A stretch of DNA of 64,000 bases from Myxococcales bacterium. GTDB taxonomy: Bacteria > Myxococcota_A > Polyangia > Polyangiales > Ga0077539. Below, piece after piece: positions 26,270-35,898 of the stretch. The stretch lies in the NCBI GenBank assembly GCA_013298625.1, contig JAAFIF010000016.1:11320-75319 (forward strand), given 5' to 3'. The notes under the pieces were generated by a model, which was given only the letters and a program-made list of their open reading frames with translations, did not search any database and had not been told where the DNA came from. Both the position numbers and the translations under genes were made by a program. The number at the start of each line of letters is the position of its first letter. Position 1 is the first letter of the stretch.

Positions 26270-28528
26270 TCACCGCGCGTCGTCGCGCTGTCGCAGCTCG
26301 GCCCGAACGCGCGCGATCACCGTGGCGTACCGCTCGATCATCACGTCTGTCACCGCGCAGCCCACGCGGTCCTCGAGCCAGCGCAGCGCGGGCCTTCGCG
26401 CGCCGATCGTGCAGTCGAGCTCCGCGGCGGACAGCCCCTCGATCCACGCGCCGTCCGCGAGCAGCAGGCGTTGGTCCCGCTCGCTCCACCGCGCGCGCGC
26501 GATCATCGTCGTCGATGCGCTCTGTTCGCCGAGCGTCCAGCGAAGGTCCCGCGCTGGCTCGATCGCGCCCGTGTGCCGCGCGACGCAGCGCGCCCCTTCG
26601 CTCGCGGTTCGCTCGAACTCGCTCGCGTCCGAAGGCCACGGGACCCGCGGGGCTTCGCTCGCGATCCATCGCTGAAATCGCTGGCGATACCGCGCGCTCT
26701 CGAGCGTCCCCACGACGTACTCGAACGCCCGCTGCCACAGGGCGTCGCTCGCCTCGAGCCCCAGCCGCTCGCCGAGCGCGCGCAGCCACGCGGGGCTCGC
26801 GTTCGAGCGAAGCGCGCCGTCCTCGAGCCGCTCGCGCGACAAGAGCACCTCGGTCCCGTGCGGGTCCGCGCGAAGGACGCCGTCACACGCGGGCAGGGCG
26901 GTGACGAGCAGGTAGTTCCATCCGCGCTCGGGAGGAGATTGTCTTCGTGTGACGATCGCCAGCGTTTTTTCAGTGCGAAGCGCGTCCATCACCGGCCCGG
27001 TCCGCGCGCGGTCCACCAGCGCCCGGTCGTCGAGCGCCCATCGCTCGTCCCACGGCCGATAGCTCCACCTTCGGATCACCAGCGCACCCTCGCTCGCCCG
27101 CGCGCGCAGCGCTCGCAGCGCGCCCTCGTCGATCGCGAGCTTCAGCTTCGACCGCACTGCGTCGTCGCTCACCGCAGCGTCCGCCAGCGCGCGCACCACC
27201 GCCTCGCACTCTGCTCGCTCGAAGCCGAGCACCAGCGCGTCGCGGCCCGTGATGATCGCCGGGCTGCTCTGCGCAAACACCGCCAGCGTCGAGCTCATCG
27301 CGCGCCACGCTCGCTCGTCTTCGCCCTCCGCGTCGCCCGCGGCCAACACCTCGAACCGATGCTCTGGCGCGCGCGGATCGACCGCACTCCACGCGACCCG
27401 GTCCGCGTCGAGCGCCGCGAACTTCTCTGCGCGCGAGCCCCACAGGTCCGCCCGTCGCACCAGCGAGCGCCCTCCGCGCGAGCGCACGAGCAGCAGCAGC
27501 GCGAGCCCCTGTTGAATATCGAACACGTTTTGATCGCGCGTCCCGTCCGGCGCGAGCAGCCCGTTGCGCGCGGCCCCGTGCAGGTCCAGCACCGAGACCT
27601 CGTCGAACGACGCGCACAACGCTCGTCGCACGGTCGCGAACGTCGGGTGATCCACCCACGCGTGCCCGAGCGCGACCACCGCCACCGCGCGCTCGGACCG
27701 ATCGCACTCCGAGTGAATCCACCGCAAGAACCGCAGCTGCGCCGTGTCGAGCCACTTGCTGTTCTTCTTCGCTCGCTCGTCGCCGCGCGCCCGATAGCTC
27801 TCGGTCGAGCGGGGATCTTGTCCGTGCACGAGCGCGCGCAGCCAGGCGTTCATCGGCTCGTCCGTCGCGTACGGCGGGTTCGCCACGACGATCAACCCTC
27901 GCGCCTCGCGCGGCCGCTGCCACGGCCCCGTCAGCGCGTCCTCTGCACCGACGCGCTCGTCGCTGTCCTCGAGCCCGAGCGCCGCCCGCAGATACGTCCG
28001 CGCCCCGAGCGCCACGATCGGATCTCGCTCGATTCCGTACAGCCCTCGCGCGAGCGCCGGAGCCTCGCGCGCCAACGCCACGAGCAACGCCCCCGCGCCG
28101 CACGCTGGATCGAGCGCGAGCCACTCATCGAGCGCGCCGCCCATCCCGTGCTCGTCGATCGCGCGCAGCGCCGCGCGGGCCATCCATCGCGCGACGGGCG
28201 AGGGCGTCGCGTAGCGATTGGCGTCCACCCGCGCGCGCGGGTCGATCGCGTGTTCGATGTGTTCGTATACAAACGGCGCCGCGTCGACGCTGCCGTGCCG
28301 CTCGGCCAACGCGCGCAGCTCGTCGTCGAGCGAGGGGTCCGCGAGATGCGCGTCGAGCCACGCGTGCGCAGCGCGATCGCCTCCCTCGGCGGGACGCGCT
28401 CTTCGGCAAGACCGCGCGATCAGCGCCGTCGTCGCCGACGCCAACGCCGCGCTGCGCGCTGCTTCGTCGAGCGCGGCGATGTGCGCGCCGATCGCGCGCG
28501 CGCGGCGCTGCCAGCCAAGGTAGGTCAT
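26270..28528 (-). CDS. stand-alone N6-adenine DNA methyltransferase (YeeA / type ISP-like MTase with C-terminal specificity region)
   Basis: 752 aa. AdoMet motif 'ALDPACGAGALL' and catalytic 'VVANPPYATDE'. About 400 aa follow the MTase core. There is no helicase or nuclease domain in this ORF or next to it. Confidence 0.75.
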   Translation of the reverse strand: MTYLGWQRRARAIGAHIAALDEAARSAALASATTALIARSCRRARPAEGGDRAAHAWLDAHLADPSLDDELRALAERHGSVDAAPFVYEHIEHAIDPRARVDANRYATPSPVARWMARAALRAIDEHGMGGALDEWLALDPACGAGALLVALAREAPALARGLYGIERDPIVALGARTYLRAALGLEDSDERVGAEDALTGPWQRPREARGLIVVANPPYATDEPMNAWLRALVHGQDPRSTESYRARGDERAKKNSKWLDTAQLRFLRWIHSECDRSERAVAVVALGHAWVDHPTFATVRRALCASFDEVSVLDLHGAARNGLLAPDGTRDQNVFDIQQGLALLLLVRSRGGRSLVRRADLWGSRAEKFAALDADRVAWSAVDPRAPEHRFEVLAAGDAEGEDERAWRAMSSTLAVFAQSSPAIITGRDALVLGFERAECEAVVRALADAAVSDDAVRSKLKLAIDEGALRALRARASEGALVIRRWSYRPWDERWALDDRALVDRARTGPVMDALRTEKTLAIVTRRQSPPERGWNYLLVTALPACDGVLRADPHGTEVLLSRERLEDGALRSNASPAWLRALGERLGLEASDALWQRAFEYVVGTLESARYRQRFQRWIASEAPRVPWPSDASEFERTASEGARCVARHTGAIEPARDLRWTLGEQSASTTMIARARWSERDQRLLLADGAWIEGLSAAELDCTIGARRPALRWLEDRVGCAVTDVMIERYATVIARVRAELRQRDDAR

Positions 28529-28600
28529 CGGTCAGTGAATTCTCTAAGAGTTTGCTTGCTTTGCGATCGCGAGAAGAGCTCTATGTTGGGTTGTTGCGTC

Positions 28601-29506
28601 ATGTCGAGAGAGCCACGTCCCACGCCGAAGCCGCACGCCGGAGTCTCCGACGATCCGTCGGTGGTGCTCGATCGATACCGCATCGAGTCGCTGCTCGGCT
28701 CGGGGGCGTTCGGCGCGGTGTACCGCGGCCAATCGATCCGCAGCCACACGGTGGTGGCGGTGAAGATCGAGCACACCACGAGCGCCACGCAGCGGCCGCG
28801 GTTCGAGCGCGAGGCCGCGCTGCTCGCGCGGATCAACAACGCCAACGTCGTCGCGGTCCTGGACTTCGGTCACCTGCCCGACGGCGCCGCGGTCGTGGTG
28901 ATGGAGTTCGTCGACGGCGTCTCGCTCGAGAAGTACATCGCGCAGCACGGAGGGTGGATCCCGTGGCGCGAGGCGGTCAACCTCGCGCTCGGGCTGCTCG
29001 ACGGCCTCGACGCCGCGCACGAGGCGGGCGTGCTTCACCGCGACGTGAAGCCGCAGAACATCTTGATTCAGCGCGGCGAGGTCCCGGTCGTGAAGATCGT
29101 GGATTTTGGCATCGCGCGTGACAGCAACGATCGGCTGGCCAAGCTGACAGGCACCGGGCAGATGCTCGGATCGCTGGGGTACATGGCGCCCGAGCAGCTC
29201 GCGACGGACCCGGTCGACGTGCGCTGCGACGTGTACGCCGCGGGCGTCGTGCTCTTCGAGATGTTGAGCGGGACGACGCCGTTCACCGGCGCCGGGCTCA
29301 AGCTCGCGATGAACAAGCTCGCGAGCCCCGGGCCCACGGTGATCGCGCTGCCCGAGGCCGCGAAGCCATGGCCCGAAGAGCTCACGGCGCTGGTGCTCTC
29401 GATGCTGCGCAGCAACCCCAACGAGCGCCCCGCGACCGCGTACGACGCAGCCCAAGAGCTGCGCGCGATCTTGCGCAAGACGATCTCGCGACCGACGCAC
29501 AGCTGA
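28601..29506 (+). CDS. Hanks-type Ser/Thr protein kinase, 301 aa
   Basis: Real part of track ORF 26471..29506. ATG at 28601 (alternative at 28583). 'GSGAFGAVY', 'VAVK', 'HRDVKPQNIL', 'DFG', 'APE'. Confidence 0.88.
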   Translation: MSREPRPTPKPHAGVSDDPSVVLDRYRIESLLGSGAFGAVYRGQSIRSHTVVAVKIEHTTSATQRPRFEREAALLARINNANVVAVLDFGHLPDGAAVVVMEFVDGVSLEKYIAQHGGWIPWREAVNLALGLLDGLDAAHEAGVLHRDVKPQNILIQRGEVPVVKIVDFGIARDSNDRLAKLTGTGQMLGSLGYMAPEQLATDPVDVRCDVYAAGVVLFEMLSGTTPFTGAGLKLAMNKLASPGPTVIALPEAAKPWPEELTALVLSMLRSNPNERPATAYDAAQELRAILRKTISRPTHS

Positions 29507-29669
29507 GCGCTCAGAGGTTGTTGGAGTCGAAGTTCGAGGCTGTTGCAAGGAGACGCGAGAGCAGCGAGGAAGCGGTTCGCCGCAATCGCAGCGCTTGTGC
29601 AAGAAACGCTGACGAAGTTGCTCGACGCGGATCTGCAGCAACAGCCCGAAATGCCACGCCAACACGCTC

Positions 29670-30242
29670 TCAGCGTCGCTCTCGCTTCTCTGTCCGCTGC
29701 TCGGCGCCGCGCGCGGCGTTCTCGAGGGTGACCTCGGCGAAGTGATCACACGCGCTCCACGCAGCCCGCGAGCGCTCGGCTTGCGCCTCGCTCGCGCGCC
29801 GCACTTCGCTCGCTCGCTCGGGCTCGACCCGCTGCACCAGGCGCCAGAGCAATCGACGGTCGGTGACCGCGTCCGCGAACACTCGCGCGCCTCCGTCTGC
29901 GTCCGCCCGCTCGACGCGCGCGATCACTTCGACCGTGTGCGCCGTGGGCGTTCCCGAGAGCCGAACGCGCACGAATCGCTCGCCGTCCGCGCGTGCCTCG
30001 ACGGACTGGTTGAGCGCGAGCGCCTCGGGCAGGCCCCGATAGCCGTCGTCCCGCAGCATTTCGCGCAGCGCGCTCCACGTTTGCGAGTGAGCGCAACGAA
30101 ACTCCCACGCGCCCACGCGCTGCTCGGCGATCCCCTCCGCGCTCGCCGCGCACGTCCTCACGCACGCAGGAAAGCTCAGCCACAGCGCCACCAGCGCGAT
30201 CGAGGACCAGCGGCGCGGGCGTTGAATTCGTGTGTCGTTCAT
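29670..30242 (-). CDS. putative lipoprotein, hypothetical
   Basis: Trimmed to the ATG at 30242 (MNDTRIQRPRRWSSIALVALWLSFPAC, lipobox-like). No recognisable domain. Confidence 0.55.
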   Translation of the reverse strand: MNDTRIQRPRRWSSIALVALWLSFPACVRTCAASAEGIAEQRVGAWEFRCAHSQTWSALREMLRDDGYRGLPEALALNQSVEARADGERFVRVRLSGTPTAHTVEVIARVERADADGGARVFADAVTDRRLLWRLVQRVEPERASEVRRASEAQAERSRAAWSACDHFAEVTLENAARGAEQRTEKRERR

Positions 30243-30393
30243 AGCCCGAGGCGCGGATGCGTCCGACGTGCCGTCGCGAAAACGCTGACATTCGCCAGCG
30301 TACGACACGCACGTCATGGCGGCGCAGTCACACTGGGGCGGATTCGCAACACCGCCGAGCCACACCGACGAGGGCGCGACGCAAACGCGACGC

Positions 30394-31569
30394 TCACTCT
30401 TTGGCGCTGCGTTCGATGCGGGCGCGCGCCTCGCGAACGCGCGCCATGGCGTCGTGCGGATCGTCGCCGGTCGCGATCAAGTGGCCCATCTTGCGGCCGG
30501 GGCGCGCGACGCGCTTTCCGTACAAGTGCAGGTTGACGCCGGGGACCTCGAGCGCGGCTTCGATGCGCGGGGGCCTGGGGCCGCTCCACAGGTCGCCGAG
30601 GAGGTTGGCGATGGCCGCAGGGCGAATGGGCTCGGTGACGCCCAGCGGAAGGTCGCACACGGCGCGCACGAGCTGCGCGAACTGGCTCGTCGGCGAGGCG
30701 AGCTCTGTCGCGTGAAACGTGTTGTGCGGCCGCGGTGACAGCTCGTTGACCTTGAGCGTCCCGTCCTTCAGCAAGAACAGCTCGATCGCGAGGATGCCTT
30801 CGAGCGAGAGCGAGACCGCGATCTCTCGGCCGAGCTCCATCGCGCGCGCGGCGATGATCGTGTCGACCGGCGCGGGCGTCACGCTCACGTCGAGCACTTG
30901 ATGCACGTGCTCGTTGAGGGCCAGCGGAAACACCCGCACTTCGCCGCTCGGCGAGCGCGCCACCAGCACGCTGAGCTCTGCTTCGAGCTCGAGCGCGCGC
31001 TCGACCACGCAGTGATGGCCGCCAAGCTCCTTCCACGCAGCGCGCGCGCCGTTGGCGTCGGCGCTGGTGAGCCGCGCTTGTCCGCGGCCGTCGTAGCCGC
31101 CCTCGCACACCTTCGCGAACGCGCCTTGCCCGAGCGCTGGGGCGACGCGCACAAACTCTTCTTCGCTCGTCGCCTCGCGCCACTCGCCCACAGGAAACCC
31201 TCGCGACGTCAGCCACGCCTTCTGCCGCGCGCGGTTCTGCACGGTGCGCATCAGCTCGACCCCCGGGCGCACCGGCGCGTGCTGCGCCGCGGCCTCGAGG
31301 CTGGCGAGCGAGATCTGCTCGATCTCGAGCGTGACCACGGCGCAGCGACGCGCGAGGTACGCAGCGGCGTCGGGCTCGTCGAAGCGCGCGTCGAGAAAGC
31401 GATCGACCACGGGGCGGATCGGACACTGCGGGTCCGGGTCGAGCGCGTGGACGTTGTAGCCGAGCGCGCGCGCGGCGGTGGCGGTCATGCGACCGAGCTG
31501 GCCACCGCCGAGGATTCCCAGCGTTTCGCCTGGCGAAATGCGGCCTGATTTCTTGCCGTGCCCGCTCAT
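30394..31569 (-). CDS. purK: N5-carboxyaminoimidazole ribonucleotide synthase PurK
   Basis: Trimmed to the ATG at 31569, which overlaps the purE stop (ATGA). 'LGILGGGQLGRM' ATP-grasp N-terminus and 'RKMGHL' near the C-terminus. Confidence 0.92.
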   Translation of the reverse strand: MSGHGKKSGRISPGETLGILGGGQLGRMTATAARALGYNVHALDPDPQCPIRPVVDRFLDARFDEPDAAAYLARRCAVVTLEIEQISLASLEAAAQHAPVRPGVELMRTVQNRARQKAWLTSRGFPVGEWREATSEEEFVRVAPALGQGAFAKVCEGGYDGRGQARLTSADANGARAAWKELGGHHCVVERALELEAELSVLVARSPSGEVRVFPLALNEHVHQVLDVSVTPAPVDTIIAARAMELGREIAVSLSLEGILAIELFLLKDGTLKVNELSPRPHNTFHATELASPTSQFAQLVRAVCDLPLGVTEPIRPAAIANLLGDLWSGPRPPRIEAALEVPGVNLHLYGKRVARPGRKMGHLIATGDDPHDAMARVREARARIERSAKE

Positions 31570-32075
31570 GCGTCGAGCCCTACCTTCATCGCGAGCGCTT
31601 CGTCCGTGCGGGCCGCGCGCCACGCGCGGACGCGGTCGCGCACCGCGCTGTGCTTGTTGCCGACGATCTGCGCGGCGAGGACCGCGGCGTTGATCGCGCC
31701 GGGCTTGGCGACGGCCAGCGTCCCCACGGGGATCCCGCCGGGCATCTGCGCGATGGACAAGAGCGCGTCCACGCCCTGCAACAGCGTCGCCGGGATCGGC
31801 ACGCCCAACACCGGAACGAGCGTCTTCGCCGCCACCATCCCCGGCAAGTGCGCCGCTCCCCCGGCGCCCGCGATGATCACCTCGAGCCCGCGCGGCTCGG
31901 CGTCTTCGGCGTAGCGAAACATCGCGTCCGGCGTGCGGTGCGCGCTCACCACGCGGGCCTCGTACGGGACCTTCAGCGCTTCGAGCGTGATGCACGCGTG
32001 CTGCATCCACTCCCAGTCGCTCTTGCTTCCCATGATCACTCCGACGAGCGGAGCACTCGAGCTCGTGACGTCCAT
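31566..32075 (-). CDS. purE: N5-carboxyaminoimidazole ribonucleotide mutase PurE
   Basis: Trimmed to the ATG at 32075 (MDVTSSSAPLVGVIMGSKSDW...). 'SAHRTP' and 'AGGAAHLPG' are signature segments. Confidence 0.93.
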   Translation of the reverse strand: MDVTSSSAPLVGVIMGSKSDWEWMQHACITLEALKVPYEARVVSAHRTPDAMFRYAEDAEPRGLEVIIAGAGGAAHLPGMVAAKTLVPVLGVPIPATLLQGVDALLSIAQMPGGIPVGTLAVAKPGAINAAVLAAQIVGNKHSAVRDRVRAWRAARTDEALAMKVGLDA

Positions 32076-32284
32076 CACATGCCTCTCTGTGTGCGTGCGA
32101 ACTGTTCGCGGTCCTCTACACGTTTGCGCCGCGCCCCGCCATGGCGCGGAGGTGTCCGAGCCCCTCTCGCGCGCTGAGCGCGCCGCGGCCGTGGCCGAAA
32201 TTTCGGCAGCGTCTGCGATTTCGACGCTTTTCACAGCGCCTCCTCGACGAACGGCCGCGGCCAACCCACTCTCCGCCCTCTTCG

Positions 32285-33667
32285 ATGTCCCTCGACCAGG
32301 ATGCTTCACCCTCGGCGCAGCCCGAGCCGCACTACCGAGACCCCGCGGAGCGCGCGCGGCCAGAGCCCACCACGCGCGAAGAAGCGCGGCTGCTCGTGCG
32401 CCTCGCGCTGCCCATCGCGCTCGCGCAGTTCGCGCAGATCTTGTTGTCCCTCACGGACACCGCGATCGTGGGCCGCACCGACCCGGTCGCGCTCGCGGGG
32501 ACGGGCATGGGGCGCTCGGTCTCGTTCGCGTTCTTCTCGCTCTTCATCGGCGTGGCGGGCGCGCTCGACCCGCTCGCTTCGCAGGCGATCGGCGCGGGCG
32601 AACCTCGCCGCGCGTGGAGCGCCTTCACCTCAGCGCTGCGCGCCAACTTGCTGCTCACGCCGTTCGTGATCGCGCTGGTGTTCACGGGGTGGTTCGCGGT
32701 GAGCCGCTCGGGCGTCGACCCGAGCTTGTCCCGCGCGTGCCTCGATTTTCTCTTGGGCCACGCGCTGGGCGGCCCGCTGTTCGGCGCCTTTCTCTGCGCG
32801 CGCGGCTACCTGCAATCCCAGGGAAACACCCGGCCGATCGTCGTCGCCGCCATCATCGCCAACCTCGTCAACGTGCCGGTCTGCCTCTTCTTCGTGCGCG
32901 TCCTTCACTGGGGAGCGTTCGGCGCGGGCATCAGCACCACCATCGCCAGCGCGGTGCTCACGGGCATCTCGCTGCGCGCGGCCTTCAAGCTGCGACCCGC
33001 CGAGCCGCCGACGGAGGGCGAGCGCGTCGCGGTCTCGAAGGTGCTGCGGCTGAGCGTCCCGGTGGGACTGCAGATGCTCGCCGAAATCGGCGTGTTTTCT
33101 CTGGTCGGAGTGCTCACAGGGCGCTTCGGCGCGGTGCAGTCGGGCGCGCATCAGATCGCGCTCTCGCTCGCGAGCTTCACGTTCATGGGCGCGCTCGGCG
33201 TGTCCGCGGCCACCGCGACGCGCGTGGGCCTCGCCGTCGGCGAGTCGCGCTCTCCGCGCCGCCCCGGCCTCCTCGGCATCGCCGTCGGAACGGCGATCAT
33301 GTCCGTCGGGGCGCTCGCCTTCGCGCTCGTCCCGCACGTGCTCGTGGCGCTCTTCACCAACGACGCTGCGGTGATCCGCGCTGCGGTTCCGCTGCTCATG
33401 ATCGCGGCGCTGTTTCAGCTGTTCGACGGCGCGCAAGGCGTCGCTGGCGGCGCGCTGCGCGGGATCGCCGACGTCAACTTCGCCTTCGTCGCCAACGTCG
33501 TCGCGCACTGGTTCATCGGGTTGCCCGTCGCGCTCGTGTTGGCGTTCAAGTTCGACATGGGGGTGGTGGGCCTGTGGTGGGGCCTCACGCTCGGCCTGGT
33601 CGTCGTCGCGATCTCGTGCACGCTGCGCTTTCTTCAGCGCGCCAAGGGCGTCGTCGCCCGCGTGTGA
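32285..33667 (+). CDS. MATE family efflux transporter
   Basis: Trimmed to the ATG at 32285. About 12 hydrophobic segments. The N-terminus 'LVRLALPIALAQFAQILLSLTDTAIVGR' is typical of MATE/NorM proteins. Confidence 0.85.
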   Translation: MSLDQDASPSAQPEPHYRDPAERARPEPTTREEARLLVRLALPIALAQFAQILLSLTDTAIVGRTDPVALAGTGMGRSVSFAFFSLFIGVAGALDPLASQAIGAGEPRRAWSAFTSALRANLLLTPFVIALVFTGWFAVSRSGVDPSLSRACLDFLLGHALGGPLFGAFLCARGYLQSQGNTRPIVVAAIIANLVNVPVCLFFVRVLHWGAFGAGISTTIASAVLTGISLRAAFKLRPAEPPTEGERVAVSKVLRLSVPVGLQMLAEIGVFSLVGVLTGRFGAVQSGAHQIALSLASFTFMGALGVSAATATRVGLAVGESRSPRRPGLLGIAVGTAIMSVGALAFALVPHVLVALFTNDAAVIRAAVPLLMIAALFQLFDGAQGVAGGALRGIADVNFAFVANVVAHWFIGLPVALVLAFKFDMGVVGLWWGLTLGLVVVAISCTLRFLQRAKGVVARV

Positions 33668-33704
33668 CCGCAGGGGCGGGGGAGATGCGCGCGATCGCGC
33701 TGCT

Positions 33705-33908
33705 GCGCGCCGTCGAGTCGGCGCGCTTGCGTGCGGCGCAGCCGACAAGCGCTCGGGCACGAGGCCCGAGCTGAGGCAGGCGAGCATGAGCGCGGCGGGC
33801 GCGAGAGCGTGCAGAAGCGCTGGTGCTTCAGCGGGAGAAGTGAGTCGCCTAAGCCCAGGCTCTTGCCTGGGCGCTCGTTGGCTGCGCCACGCGCGAGCGC
33901 GCCATCTT
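33705..33908 (-). repeat. fourth copy (inverted orientation) of the about 200-bp structured repeat that flanks the transposase at 42.3-43.6 kb
   Basis: Its reverse complement aligns by eye along its whole length with 42303-42503. It contains hairpins GCTCGGGC-acgag-GCCCGAGC (33751-33771) and CCCAGGC-tctt-GCCTGGG (33854-33871). It starts 38 nt after the MATE stop. It is followed by a 20-nt motif 'atggcgcaccgaagccacgc' present twice, 33 nt apart (33910-33929 and 33943-33962). Confidence 0.85.
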
Positions 33909-34029
33909 GATGGCGCACCGAAGCCACGCGCGCCCCATCAACATGGCGCACCGAAGCCACGCAATCCCCCTCTTGGATGGCGCGCCGCACGCCGGGCCCG
34001 CGCCGAACGCCCCCGTACGCGCCGCTCGC

Positions 34030-34320
34030 TCAGCCCGCGTGCCCGAGGATCTTCGTGCCCTCTTGAAAGAGCACGTGGATCTTCGTCCCCTGAACCATCA
34101 CGATCAGCCCCTTGCCAAACTTGGGGTGCTCGATGATCTCGTCGCGCACGAACGTGGTGCTCATCGACCACGCGCGGCTCGCAGCGTCGGGCTTGTCCCC
34201 CACCGCTTCTTGCCACGCCGGAATGCCCGGCAGCGCTTGTCCGAAGGGCGTCAGCGCCCCCTCGGAGCTCGAACCTCTACCCGCAGGGCCTGTCTTGCTA
34301 CGCACGCGCTTCATCGACAT
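34030..34320 (-). CDS. small hypothetical protein with a C-terminal 'HPKFGKGLIV' (DUF3553/Tudor-like) motif
   Basis: From track ORF 34030..34407. The start is uncertain (ATG 34320, or ATG 34164 giving a 44-aa core 'MSTTFVRDEIIEHPKFGKGLIVMVQGTKIHVLFQEG'). Confidence 0.4.
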   Translation of the reverse strand: MSMKRVRSKTGPAGRGSSSEGALTPFGQALPGIPAWQEAVGDKPDAASRAWSMSTTFVRDEIIEHPKFGKGLIVMVQGTKIHVLFQEGTKILGHAG

Positions 34321-34431
34321 GGCCCTCGCCGCATACACGAAGCGCGCAAACGTCGCAACCAGGGGGTGGTCAACAGAGCACCTGGCCCCAGGACCGTCGC
34401 CCAACACTTTATCCAGAAGATCGCCTCACGG

Positions 34432-35895
34432 ATGACCGCCACACTGGACACACGAAGAAAGCACATCGCGACCGCGGCGATCGTGCTCGGCATGTTCGCC
34501 GCTGCCATCGAAATGACCATCGTCTCGACGGCGATGCCGCGCGCCGCGGGCGACCTCGGCGGGTCCGATCGCTACGCGTGGGTGCTCTCGATCTATTTGC
34601 TCACGAGCTCGGTCTCTGCGCCGTTGTTCGGAAAGCTCGCGGATCTGTTCGGTCGACGACCCTCGTACATCGCGGGAATGTCCCTGTTTTTGCTGGGATC
34701 GTGGGCCTCGGGCGCGGCGTGGTCGATGAACGCGCTGATCATCGCGCGCGCGGTGCAGGGCGTCGGGGGCGGCGCGCTCGCCACAGTCGGGCTCACGGTT
34801 GTCGGGGACTTGTACCCTGCTGAGCAGCGCGCGAAGGTGCAGGGGTTGTTCTCTGCGGTGTGGGGCTTCGCGGGCGCGGTCGGGCCCGTCGCGGGCGGGC
34901 TCATCGTGGACTACCTGTCGTGGCGGTGGGTGTTCTATCTGAACGTTCCGTTCGGGCTGATGGCGATGACTTTGTTAGCGTTTTCGCTGCGAGAAACGCC
35001 GCGCAGCGAGCGCCGCCCGGTGGTGATCGACTGGCTCGGCGCGCTCTTGCTCACGGGCGCCATCGTCGCGGTGCAGCTCGGCTCGGGCGCGCACGGCGTC
35101 GCAGGGATGGGCCGCGCGCCGCTGCTGGTGGGTGTGCTGCTCGCGGTCGCGTTCGTGTGGGTCGAGCGCCGCGCGAAGGACCCTGTGCTGCCGCTGGTGC
35201 TCTTCTCGCAGCGAACGATCACCGTTGCGGTGTTGGTCACGCTCGCCTCGGGCGTGGTGATGACCGTGGTCACCAACTACGTCCCGCTCATGTTGCAGGG
35301 AGGGCAGGGGGCGAGCACGCGCGAGAGCGGACTCGCGATGACGGCGTTCGCCATCGGCTGGCCGCTCGCTGCGTTTTCGACGGGCATGGTGCTCGCGCGC
35401 GTCGGCGTTCGTCGCGCTGCCATCGGAGGCTTCGCGCTGGTCGCGCTCGGGTCGCTCTGGCTGGCCTCGCTCGGCCTGCAGAGCGGACGGGCGCACTGGG
35501 TCGTGGGCACTGGCCTCATCGGGCTCGGGATGGGCATGCAGAGCACGCCGTTGCTCATCGCCGTGCAGTCCGCGGTCGACTACCACCTGCGCGGCGCGGC
35601 CACCGCCGCGTTCTCTTTCGCCCGCACCATGGGCGGAACGCTCGGGGCCATCCTCGCCGGCGCCCTCGTCGAGCAGCGCTTGCACGCGCGCTCGATCGCC
35701 ACGAGCACGATCGACGCCGCGCTTCGCCCCGGCGCGCCGCTCGCGTCCCTCTCGGTGCGCGAAGCCATCGGCGACGTCGTTCACGCTGTGCTCGTGGCCA
35801 ACGCCGTCGTCGCGCTGCTCGCCCTCGCGCTCTCGCGCGCGACCCCGTCGGTCGCCATGCGCGCGACGCACACCCCGACGCCCCCGAGCGAGTGA
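34432..35895 (+). CDS. MFS transporter (DHA2 / EmrB-QacA-like, about 14 TM)
   Basis: Trimmed from 33907 to the ATG at 34432 (MTATLDTRRKHIATAAIVLGMF...). 'GKLADLFGRR' is MFS motif A-like. Hydrophobic throughout. Confidence 0.88.
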   Translation: MTATLDTRRKHIATAAIVLGMFAAAIEMTIVSTAMPRAAGDLGGSDRYAWVLSIYLLTSSVSAPLFGKLADLFGRRPSYIAGMSLFLLGSWASGAAWSMNALIIARAVQGVGGGALATVGLTVVGDLYPAEQRAKVQGLFSAVWGFAGAVGPVAGGLIVDYLSWRWVFYLNVPFGLMAMTLLAFSLRETPRSERRPVVIDWLGALLLTGAIVAVQLGSGAHGVAGMGRAPLLVGVLLAVAFVWVERRAKDPVLPLVLFSQRTITVAVLVTLASGVVMTVVTNYVPLMLQGGQGASTRESGLAMTAFAIGWPLAAFSTGMVLARVGVRRAAIGGFALVALGSLWLASLGLQSGRAHWVVGTGLIGLGMGMQSTPLLIAVQSAVDYHLRGAATAAFSFARTMGGTLGAILAGALVEQRLHARSIATSTIDAALRPGAPLASLSVREAIGDVVHAVLVANAVVALLALALSRATPSVAMRATHTPTPPSE

Positions 35896-35898
35896 CCG

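Noticed and set aside
26471-28600. N-terminal 710-aa extension of the kinase ORF (track ORF 26471-29506)
   Set aside because: It is antisense to the methyltransferase gene. The kinase domain begins right after the ATG at 28601.
29538-29646. 9-bp inverted repeat GGCTGTTGC ... GCAACAGCC between convergent genes, considered as a terminator
   Set aside because: The arms are 91 nt apart and no T-tract follows. It is not a credible intrinsic terminator.
30394-32010. 538-aa ORF fusing purK with sequence over purE
   Set aside because: PurK homology begins at the ATG at 31569. The upstream part is out of frame over purE.
33907-34431. N-terminal extension of the MFS transporter ORF through the repeat region
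   Set aside because: The extension runs through the repeat and duplicated motifs and is antisense to the small 34030-34320 gene. The hydrophobic MFS sequence starts at the ATG at 34432.
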